From NCBI GenBank assembly GCA_944383515.1, contig CALWPV010000026.1, positions 19,377 through 83,376 of the forward strand: a DNA stretch of 64,000 nt, written 5' to 3'. A program made the position numbers and the translations under genes. Shown here piece after piece: positions 10,325 to 18,115 of this stretch. A model generated the notes under the pieces. That model was not told the origin of the DNA and did no database searches. It saw only the letters and a program-made list of their open reading frames with translations. The number at the start of each line of letters is the position of its first letter. The stretch's first letter is position 1. Source of the stretch: an uncultured Clostridia bacterium (GTDB taxonomy: Bacteria; Bacillota; Clostridia; Lachnospirales; Bianqueaceae).

Positions 10325-10415
10325 ATGGTATAATACCCACACAGGACGACCGTAAGAATCCTGAAAGGATTCTTACTAAGTTTGGCGTGCAACGCCAAAC
10401 TTATGGTATAATACC
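10325..10415 (+). repeat. one copy of a two-hairpin module bounded by ATGGTATAATACC boxes; the same family recurs at 33005-33300
   Basis: The boxes lie at 10325-10337 and 10403-10415. Hairpin GTAAGAATCC/GGATTCTTAC spans 10352-10376 and hairpin AAGTTTGGCG/CGCCAAACTT spans 10378-10402. Confidence 0.8.
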
Positions 10416-10441
10416 TATATAGATTCGAAATGGAGGTTTAT

Positions 10442-11161
10442 ATGACATATCAACGGTTATTGAGTTATACACGTAAAGCCGTCGACGAATACCAAATGAT
10501 TCAGGCGGGCGATCAGATCGCCATTGGCGTATCCGGCGGCAAAGACAGCTTAACGCTTGCACTGGCGCTGAAAGGGCTTCAGCGCTTCTACCCTCACCCT
10601 TTTACCATTAAAGCCTATACAGTAGCGCTTGGATTTCCGGAAATGGATTTTCAAAACTTAGAGCACTTCATGGCTCAATGGAACATTCCCTTTGAGGTAA
10701 TTCGTACCAACATTGCGGAAATTGTTTTTGAAGAACGGAAAGAATCCAACCCTTGCGCGCTATGCGCGAAAATGAGAAAAGGTGCTTTTAATGACCGCGT
10801 TAAGGCGGACGGTTGCAATAAAGTTGCCTTGGGGCATCATAAAGAAGATGTTGTCGAAACCTTCTTGCTTAGTCTGTTATATGAAGGACGGCTCAATACA
10901 TTTTCGCCGGTAACGCACTGGGACCGCATTGGTCTTCATGCTATTAGACCGCTCATTTACGTGCCCGAATCGGAAATTGTTTACTTTGCTAATCGGCAGC
11001 AGCTCCCTGTTCTGACCAACGCCTGCCCGGTTGATGGCTACACCAAACGGGGAGAGGCTGCACAGCAGCTTCGCCTTTGGAATCAACGAGACCACCATAC
11101 GACAAACCGTATTTTTTCCGCGATTCAAAACGGCGGCTTGAAAGGATGGAGTCGATCATGA
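10442..11161 (+). CDS. PP-loop ATPase of the TtcA family (tRNA 2-thiocytidine-type thiolase)
   Basis: It has the SGGKDS PP-loop plus CALC and NACP cysteine motifs. The start was trimmed to ATG 10442, which follows GGAGG. Confidence 0.8.
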   Translation: MTYQRLLSYTRKAVDEYQMIQAGDQIAIGVSGGKDSLTLALALKGLQRFYPHPFTIKAYTVALGFPEMDFQNLEHFMAQWNIPFEVIRTNIAEIVFEERKESNPCALCAKMRKGAFNDRVKADGCNKVALGHHKEDVVETFLLSLLYEGRLNTFSPVTHWDRIGLHAIRPLIYVPESEIVYFANRQQLPVLTNACPVDGYTKRGEAAQQLRLWNQRDHHTTNRIFSAIQNGGLKGWSRS

Positions 11162-12204
11162 CATACCATGAAGAAGAAAAAAAAGAACTGGTTATTAAAC
11201 TTCGCAATCAAATTCGACAGCTGCCTGCATTCTGTTATGAATATTTTCGAGGAATTGAGCCAACTACGGCAGAACGTACCCGCTTAGGGTATGCCTATGA
11301 TCTTAAAATCTTTTTTCAGTTTCTTTTAGAGACGCTTCCTTCCCTAGAAGGAAAACAAATGAACGAGATTCAAATAGAAGATTTAGCGACGGTAACGCCG
11401 ATGCAGCTGGAAATGTTTTTGGATTATTTAACATATTATAATAATGACGCCGGCGATGAAATGCAAAACGGCGAAAAAGGAAAGGCACGCAAACTGGCGG
11501 CGGTAAGAAGCTTATTCAAATATTTTTACCGGCATCAAAAGCTGCCGTCAAACCCCGCCTCTTTAATTAGTACGCCCAAAATCCACGATAAATCGATTAT
11601 TAAGCTGGATGTCGATGAAATTGCCAGGTTGTTAGATCAGGTGGAATCCGGCGATAAATTAACGAAAAAACAGCAGGTCTACCATAAAGCCAATAAAACG
11701 AGAGATTTAGCGCTTATGACATTGCTGCTGGGCACGGGAATTCGCGTTTCCGAATGTGTGGGACTCGATATACAAGATGTCGATTTTAATCACAATGGCA
11801 TTAAAGTGGTGCGCAAAGGAGGGAATGAAGCGATCGTCTATTTTGGCAGCGAAGTACGCGAGGCGTTACAGGCGTACCTAAAGGAAAGAGTTCAAATCAT
11901 AGCCCAGACGGGACATGAAAACGCTTTGTTTCTCTCTATGCAGAAACGGCGTTTAACCGTACGCTCCGTTGAAAATTTGGTAAAAAAATATGCCCAAAGT
12001 GTAATTACTTTGAAGCATATTTCGCCGCATAAATTAAGAAGTTCATATGGCACTGCCCTGTATAATGAAACAGGAGACATCTATCTGGTAGCCGATGTAC
12101 TGGGCCATAAAGACGTCAATACAACCCGTAAACACTATGCGCAGCTGGAAGACGCCAGAAGACGCGATGCCGCTAAAGCTGTGCATTTAAGAAAGGAAGA
12201 TTAA
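11158..12204 (+). CDS. tyrosine site-specific recombinase, XerC/XerD family
   Basis: It has catalytic signatures GTGIRVSE, HKLRSSY and GHKDVNTTRKHY. Its ATGA start overlaps the stop of the upstream PP-loop gene. Confidence 0.85.
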   Translation: MTYHEEEKKELVIKLRNQIRQLPAFCYEYFRGIEPTTAERTRLGYAYDLKIFFQFLLETLPSLEGKQMNEIQIEDLATVTPMQLEMFLDYLTYYNNDAGDEMQNGEKGKARKLAAVRSLFKYFYRHQKLPSNPASLISTPKIHDKSIIKLDVDEIARLLDQVESGDKLTKKQQVYHKANKTRDLALMTLLLGTGIRVSECVGLDIQDVDFNHNGIKVVRKGGNEAIVYFGSEVREALQAYLKERVQIIAQTGHENALFLSMQKRRLTVRSVENLVKKYAQSVITLKHISPHKLRSSYGTALYNETGDIYLVADVLGHKDVNTTRKHYAQLEDARRRDAAKAVHLRKED

Positions 12205-13364
12205 CTAGAAATTCCCAGGCGCTGCGATAAGGAGGCCCCTCTCCTCTCTCTACTGATTTCCACCAGTTTGAGACGGGTAAATCCCATAATACGAGTCACA
12301 TGCCGGTCCTTGGCAAACTCGTCTTTGAGGGCCTCTAATACTTGCTGCTCATGTACCTTGCTATCCATATTGATAAAGTCAATGAGAATGATGCCAGATA
12401 AATTACGCAGCAAGATTTGCTGAACAATGGTGGGAATCGCCTTTAAGTTAAATTGGCTAATCGCAGCTTCTTTATCGGCCTTCGTAAGCGCTTTCCCTGT
12501 ATTAACGTCAATGGCTGCCAGAGCCTGAGTTTCTTCAATAAATAAATAGCCGCCGCCCGGAAGCAGAACGCGCTTTTGGGTGGCTTTTTGCAGCTGTGAA
12601 GAAATAGAATAAACGTCAAAAACCGTCCATTTGGCGTCTTGAAATAAATGAAAACGCTCTTTAAGAGCCGGACGAAGGGGTACAATCTCTTCTTGCAGGC
12701 TAGCTAAAACCCGGGGATCGTCAACAACAATGCCCTCAATAGACGCCGTAGGAAATGACAAAACCCACCGGCCTAAAGGAGTTCCCTGCGTATACAGGGT
12801 ATCGCCCAAACGGCTAAACTTGGCCCGGCTTACTATGTTTTGGTACGTACCATATAATGCCTTGGCCTCTTCCTGCAAAATATCGACGGATTTTCCCCTG
12901 CTTTCCGTACGTAAAATATATCCTACAGACTCAGCCTGCGGAAAGGTTTGACCGATGTTACGAAGTCGCTGCCGTTCCTTGTCCTCTGTAATTTTGGCCG
13001 ACACACCAATGGAGGCAACCTGCGGCGTTAGCACAACCGAGGCGCCGGTCACGCTAAGGTGCTCCGTCACCTCGGGGCCTTTTTCCGCGTAGGCTTCTTT
13101 TCGAATTTGTACAATTCGCTCCATGCCAGGACGATATGTCGTTTTCTCTTTTTTAGAAACTGGCATAAATGCCGGTTTAGCCTCTCCTATGTCCATGAAA
13201 ACGGCGTCTAAACCAGGAACCCTCTCTTTAACAACCGCCAAAACAATATCGCCCAGCTGATGTGTTTTCTCTTTAAAGGGGAGTTTTTGGTAGTCTATCA
13301 GCTGATTCTCCCATAAAAGAGCCGCCTGCGCATACTGCTGTGTGCATGAAATAATCAGGCGCAT
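12201..13364 (-). CDS. rng: RNase E/G family ribonuclease (short, RNase G-like)
   Basis: It has an S1-like N-terminus (GDIVLAVVKERVPGLDAVFMDIG) and a DNase I-like/Zn-link core (IDVNTGK...). Confidence 0.8.
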   Translation of the reverse strand: MRLIISCTQQYAQAALLWENQLIDYQKLPFKEKTHQLGDIVLAVVKERVPGLDAVFMDIGEAKPAFMPVSKKEKTTYRPGMERIVQIRKEAYAEKGPEVTEHLSVTGASVVLTPQVASIGVSAKITEDKERQRLRNIGQTFPQAESVGYILRTESRGKSVDILQEEAKALYGTYQNIVSRAKFSRLGDTLYTQGTPLGRWVLSFPTASIEGIVVDDPRVLASLQEEIVPLRPALKERFHLFQDAKWTVFDVYSISSQLQKATQKRVLLPGGGYLFIEETQALAAIDVNTGKALTKADKEAAISQFNLKAIPTIVQQILLRNLSGIILIDFINMDSKVHEQQVLEALKDEFAKDRHVTRIMGFTRLKLVEISRERRGASLSQRLGISS

Positions 13365-13370
13365 CGCTCT

Positions 13371-14066
13371 TTAAATTTCTCCGGGATGAGAAAGACTCTG
13401 GTAGCCAAATTCACTCTTTCCGAAAAGCTCAAGGCGAGTAATTTGCTCTTCAAACTTTAGCTCTTCGCGTCCCATCTGTTGATATAGCGCATGAACCAGA
13501 AGATCGGGCTTTAAATTTTGTTCGCTACCACAAGCGCAAAGCAGCAATAGCGTTTGTGCGTCTTCCAATTGCCAATCAAAAATCAGTGGCTTAACATCGA
13601 CTTCCACACGCTGCTTACGCCCGCGCACTTTTCCCATTTTTTGCAGCAGAATCGACTCTTGGCGCATATAGTCATCGATAAGCGCCGGCCAGCTTGTCCT
13701 CTCTTCGCTCGGAAAAACAATGCGGTAGAGCGCCGCCTGCACCTGTGCCATAACAGAAGGCGCTCCCTCCTCTATTGTGCGGCACCGGATAATGTTTAAT
13801 CCCTCTGGCAGCTGCGCATTTAGCTGATTCATAACAGCATCATCCGCCATTTCCTGCTCTAATTTAATCTCCATGACTTCCTGTTCTCCGGTCCAGCCCA
13901 GCGCCAACGGACTGGCAAAGCTCATCTGCGGATGAGGATTAAAGCCTTGCGAATAGGCAAGGGGAATCGCAGCCCGTGTTATAGCCCGCTGCAACGTACG
14001 CATTAAATCTAAATGACCTACAAATTTAAGGCGGCCGCCTTTATAAAAGACTAATTGTTTTTTCAT
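13371..14066 (-). CDS. TIGR03936/DUF2344 radical-SAM-associated protein
   Basis: It contains FYKGGRLKFVGHLDLMRTLQRA...GFNPHPQMSFASPLALG. Its ATGA start overlaps the stop of the upstream radical SAM gene. Confidence 0.8.
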   Translation of the reverse strand: MKKQLVFYKGGRLKFVGHLDLMRTLQRAITRAAIPLAYSQGFNPHPQMSFASPLALGWTGEQEVMEIKLEQEMADDAVMNQLNAQLPEGLNIIRCRTIEEGAPSVMAQVQAALYRIVFPSEERTSWPALIDDYMRQESILLQKMGKVRGRKQRVEVDVKPLIFDWQLEDAQTLLLLCACGSEQNLKPDLLVHALYQQMGREELKFEEQITRLELFGKSEFGYQSLSHPGEI

Positions 14067-15937
14067 TCTGCTTTCACCTCGTAACATACACCTGAATCAG
14101 CTAAGGTACGAACACCGCATCCGGAACAATGCTGACGACAGTTTGGCGTAACCTTTCCCTGCAGTCCGTTTTGATACTCGCGATATAAAAACTGTTTGGT
14201 AACTCCTACGTCAATATGATCCCAAGGGAAAACTTCATCTTCTTTCCGCTCGCGATAGCAGTAATACGAAAGCTCCGTCCCGGTTTCCTCAATCGCTGCA
14301 CGCCAAGCCTCTTCTTTAAACAGATCGGACCAGCTATCGAAACGACACCCATGCTTCCAGGCAGCATAAATCAGCCGGCCGGTACGCCGATCGCCGCGGG
14401 CGAGAAGCCCCTCCAGTGTGCTTAAAAACGCGTCGTGACAGTGATACTGAATTTTTTTATTATAGATTTTGCTATTTAAAAATTGCTGTTTATCCATGTA
14501 GCTCTGATATTCCGTCTGCGCGCACCACTGAAACGGCGTAAAAGGCTTAGGCACAAAGAAAGAAGTGCTCACGGTAACTCTGAGATCTCGTGAACGATTT
14601 TCCTTAGGAATATTGTGCCACTGCGAAACAATTTTGCCGGCCAAATCAGCAATGCCTTCAATATCTTCCTCGGTTTCCGTAGGCAAGCCCAGCATAAAAT
14701 AGAGTTTCACGCGGTCCCATTTACCTTCAAAGGCCAGTTTGACACCGCTTAAAATTTCCTCTTCGGTAATTCCTTTGTTAATAACGTCTCTCAGGCGCTG
14801 CGTGCCTGCTTCTGCCGCAAACGTAAGACCGCTCTTTTTGCCCTGCGCCAGTTCCTCCATAAGCTGCAGCGAAAAGGCATCGACGCGAAGAGAAGGAAGC
14901 GAAACATTAACATGCGGATACGTATGGTGAATTTCACGCAGTAAATCATACAGCCCCGGATAATCATTGGAGCTTAACGAGGTGAGTGAAATCTCGTCAT
15001 AACCAGTAGCCTTTAACGTTTCATTGACCCACTGTAAAATACATTCTCTGCTTTTCATACGAACCGGACGGTAGATCATGCCGGCCTGACAAAAACGACA
15101 ACCACGAATGCAGCCGCGAAAAATCTCCATAACGGCGCGGTCGTGAACAATTTGTAAATAAGGAATAATCGGATGTGTCGGATACGAAGCGCTATCCATA
15201 TCCGAAACCATAACTTTAGAAACTTTTTCCGGCACCCCAGGCTGGTTTGGAACTATTTTTTGAATCCGCGGGGTATGCAGACAGCCTTCAGCCGGCTCCT
15301 CTTCATAAAAGACGTCGTACAACGCCGGTACATACATACCAGGAATCTGAGCCGCCAGTTTTAAAAACTCACGACGGCTTTTCCCGCTTTTTTTATGCGC
15401 TGCATACTCTTTAAATAAATGTTCGTATTCTACCTCGCCCTCGCCCATATAAAACAGATCGATAAAGTCGGCCAAGGGTTCTGGGTTATATGCATTCGGA
15501 CCACCGGCAATAACCAGCGGATCGTCATCAGTTCGCTCATGGCTATATAGTGGAATGCCTGCCAGATCCAGCATGTTTAATATATTGGTATAAGACATTT
15601 CATACTGTAATGTAAAACCGACAAAATCAAATTCCTTAAGAGGCGTAAATGTTTCGAGCGAATATAAAGGAATCTGGTGCTTTCGCATGGCCTCCTCCAT
15701 ATCGGGCCACGGCGCAAAAGAACGCTCACAGTATACGCCTTCATAGCGATTGATTTCATGATACAATAATTGTAAGCCTAAATGGCACATCCCGACATCA
15801 TATACATCGGGAAAGCAGAAACAAAAATGTGTGTCAATAGAAGAAAGATCTTTATGAATCGTATTGACCTCGCCACCTATGTAACGAGCCGGCTTTTGAA
15901 CCGATAACAAGAGTGAATCCGGAATATGAATACTCAC
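14063..15937 (-). CDS. B12-binding-domain radical SAM protein (TIGR03960-like)
   Basis: It has the radical-SAM cluster motif CIRGCRFCQAG and an N-terminal B12-like domain. It uses a GTG start preceded by GGAGAG. Confidence 0.85.
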   Translation of the reverse strand: MSIHIPDSLLLSVQKPARYIGGEVNTIHKDLSSIDTHFCFCFPDVYDVGMCHLGLQLLYHEINRYEGVYCERSFAPWPDMEEAMRKHQIPLYSLETFTPLKEFDFVGFTLQYEMSYTNILNMLDLAGIPLYSHERTDDDPLVIAGGPNAYNPEPLADFIDLFYMGEGEVEYEHLFKEYAAHKKSGKSRREFLKLAAQIPGMYVPALYDVFYEEEPAEGCLHTPRIQKIVPNQPGVPEKVSKVMVSDMDSASYPTHPIIPYLQIVHDRAVMEIFRGCIRGCRFCQAGMIYRPVRMKSRECILQWVNETLKATGYDEISLTSLSSNDYPGLYDLLREIHHTYPHVNVSLPSLRVDAFSLQLMEELAQGKKSGLTFAAEAGTQRLRDVINKGITEEEILSGVKLAFEGKWDRVKLYFMLGLPTETEEDIEGIADLAGKIVSQWHNIPKENRSRDLRVTVSTSFFVPKPFTPFQWCAQTEYQSYMDKQQFLNSKIYNKKIQYHCHDAFLSTLEGLLARGDRRTGRLIYAAWKHGCRFDSWSDLFKEEAWRAAIEETGTELSYYCYRERKEDEVFPWDHIDVGVTKQFLYREYQNGLQGKVTPNCRQHCSGCGVRTLADSGVCYEVKAE

Positions 15938-15995
15938 AGTGCTCTCTCCTTTGTAAGCTTTTTCAACATGAATATGTTTTCATGTCATAGGCCCT

Positions 15996-16024
15996 ATTAT
16001 ACATGAATTTAAAAGGGAATGCAA
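15996..16024 (-). promoter_or_regulatory. sigma-A promoter candidate for the radical SAM/DUF2344/rng unit
   Basis: The minus strand reads TTGCAT-N17-TATAAT with a TG extension (TGTATAAT). Confidence 0.45.
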
Positions 16025-16047
16025 ACGGATTCTCAAGGGAGATACCC

Positions 16048-16356
16048 TTAGGGATTCGATTCCGAAGGTAAAAGTATTTCTTTTAGTGAACCGCTCCATT
16101 CACTGTCAGGCAATGTAATGGAATAGGTTAAACTCTCTGTTATCTCTGATTTAATTGTTTCAGCGGTTTCCTGGGAAAAAAGTAGCTGCCCCTCTACTAC
16201 ACATAGCAGAAATGCCAGGGCAAGAAAAACCTGCAGCCAGTGGCAAAGAGGGTATCGTTTTCCTGTTTCTGGCCCGCCGAATCTGCGGCTATGTATACGT
16301 CTATGAATTGCCGCGGGCTGCTGTCCTCTGTTTCTATATAGATCTTCTCGTTTCAT
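16048..16356 (-). CDS. hypothetical small membrane protein
   Basis: It is an ORF with one hydrophobic helix (WLQVFLALAFLLCVV). The start was trimmed to ATG 16356 because the upstream part of the ORF overlaps the mgsA terminator. I recognise no motif. Confidence 0.35.
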   Translation of the reverse strand: MKREDLYRNRGQQPAAIHRRIHSRRFGGPETGKRYPLCHWLQVFLALAFLLCVVEGQLLFSQETAETIKSEITESLTYSITLPDSEWSGSLKEILLPSESNP

Positions 16357-16423
16357 GGCTTGTATGCCTTTCCTTTTTATTTCAGTATATGCCATTTCAT
16401 AGAAGTAGTATGAGTCCAAAATA

Positions 16424-16456
16424 AAGAGGATAGACACTGACAAAGTCTATCCTCTT
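16424..16456 (-). terminator. intrinsic terminator after mgsA, ending the mre-mrdA-rodA-mgsA operon
   Basis: A 12-bp stem AAGAGGATAGAC/GTCTATCCTCTT is followed on the minus strand by TATTTT. Confidence 0.7.
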
Positions 16457-16501
16457 ATACATAACCATATTTTTGTATATTCAGTACACATCGATCCTTA
16501 T

Positions 16502-16894
16502 TTATTTATAAATCATTCGCCAATCCAGATCGCCACGATCTAATGCCAAAATCAGAAGCTCCGCGGTTGCCAGATTAGTAGCGACAGGTATGTTATGCAT
16601 ATCGCAGTGCAGCACCACATTGGCTAGATTAGGTTCATGAGGCTGACTATTTTCCGGATCGCGCAGAAAAATGACCATATCAATATTATTATTATCGATT
16701 TGGGAACATAACTGCTGCTCTCCGAACGATCCGGTTAAAAACTTTTTAACATGCAGATTTGTAACTTCCTCAATGCGACGCGCGGTAGTTCCGGTAGCAC
16801 ACAGCTCATGTTTCGCAAGAATATGACGATATGCTACACAAAGATTCTGCATTAAAGCCTTTTTGTTATCATGTGCAATGAGACCGATATTCAC
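16502..16894 (-). CDS. mgsA: methylglyoxal synthase
   Basis: It contains IGLIAHDNKK...LCATGTTA...FLRDP...H..D. It uses a GTG start after GGAGG that overlaps the rodA stop (GTGTGA). Confidence 0.93.
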   Translation of the reverse strand: MNIGLIAHDNKKALMQNLCVAYRHILAKHELCATGTTARRIEEVTNLHVKKFLTGSFGEQQLCSQIDNNNIDMVIFLRDPENSQPHEPNLANVVLHCDMHNIPVATNLATAELLILALDRGDLDWRMIYK

Positions 16895-18042
16895 ACTCCA
16901 TACCTCCTTAGTTTGTTTTTTTTGCTTTCAACATTGATTCTTAGTACCAAGCCAATTCCCATCATGTTCGCTGTGAGCGAACTTAGGCCATAACTGACGA
17001 AGGGAAGCGGCAGACCTGTATTGGGAAGAACAGCGGTAGAAACACCAATATGAATGGACGATTGTACCGCGATCATAACTCCAATTCCAATACAGACCAG
17101 TTTGCCGAAAACATCTTCGGCATGAGCGCCAATCCAAAGAATGCGCAGGGATAAGGATAGAAACAACAAAATGACAATACTGGCGCCAATCAATCCTAGC
17201 TCCTCGCTAATAATTCCAAAGATAAAGTCTGTGGTAGGCACCGGTACCGTTCCGCCGTTTTGGAAAAGTCCTACGCCATAAAGCCCACCTGTACCGATCG
17301 CGGTTCGCGACTGAATCGATTGATACGCGATGGTTAACTGATAATCTTCCGGATGAAGCCAAGCCAAAATTCGGTCGGCCTGGTAGTCTCCTAAGAGCTT
17401 CGGATCGCCACTTAATGCATCCAGAAAAACGATAACCACTAAGATAGCCGCCAACACCAATCCCGGCACAATATATCGCCAGCTGAGCTTGGAAGAAAAC
17501 AAAATCGCCGCTACAATGGCTAGAATGACTAGAGAAGTAGAAAGATCCGGTTCTTTAAAAACCAGAATGAGCGGTATAAACGCAATACCCAGCGCCCCCA
17601 TAAGCACCGGGATACGATTGATGCGATCCCCTACTTTGTCAAAAAACCATGCTAACACCATAGTCAAAGCAATTTTACAAAGCTCTGACGGCTGAATGGA
17701 AATATCGCCTACAATAGGGAGCCAGCGGCTCACATCGTCATTTTCGTAGGCGCCAACACCATATCGTAATACCAAGACTAGCAGGACCAAAACAACCAAA
17801 TAGGCAGGCACCGCCACGATCTTAATCAAGGAATAATCACAAATCTGAATACAAGCTATAAAGACAAGCCCCAGGCCGTAACCAATCAGCTGTCTAACCA
17901 TAAGCCCATCCAGTGTGAAGTTCTCACTATCATATACCCATCCATTTGCACTGCCAATCATTACAGTCCCAAATAAAACTAGGATCGTTACCAGTACAAG
18001 AACCAGTATATCCATGTGTCGAAAGTTCTCTGTTCTAGCCAT
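16891..18042 (-). CDS. rodA: SEDS glycosyltransferase RodA (FtsW/RodA/SpoVE family)
   Basis: It is a roughly 10-TM protein with the SEDS signatures PSELCKI and TDFIF. It lies directly downstream of PBP2. Confidence 0.9.
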   Translation of the reverse strand: MARTENFRHMDILVLVLVTILVLFGTVMIGSANGWVYDSENFTLDGLMVRQLIGYGLGLVFIACIQICDYSLIKIVAVPAYLVVLVLLVLVLRYGVGAYENDDVSRWLPIVGDISIQPSELCKIALTMVLAWFFDKVGDRINRIPVLMGALGIAFIPLILVFKEPDLSTSLVILAIVAAILFSSKLSWRYIVPGLVLAAILVVIVFLDALSGDPKLLGDYQADRILAWLHPEDYQLTIAYQSIQSRTAIGTGGLYGVGLFQNGGTVPVPTTDFIFGIISEELGLIGASIVILLFLSLSLRILWIGAHAEDVFGKLVCIGIGVMIAVQSSIHIGVSTAVLPNTGLPLPFVSYGLSSLTANMMGIGLVLRINVESKKNKLRRYGV

Positions 18043-18115
18043 ACAAACCCCTTATCATCTTTTGTATGCTTTATACAAATACACTCGGCATTTCATAGCA
18101 AGTATAATCAATCTA

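Noticed and set aside
11158-12204. The tyrosine recombinase as a marker of an integrated mobile element or genomic island.
   Set aside because: It is translationally coupled by an ATGA overlap to a housekeeping PP-loop gene and flanked by core genes (rbr, rng). I see no att-like repeats, excisionase or cargo. It looks like a chromosomal Xer-type recombinase.
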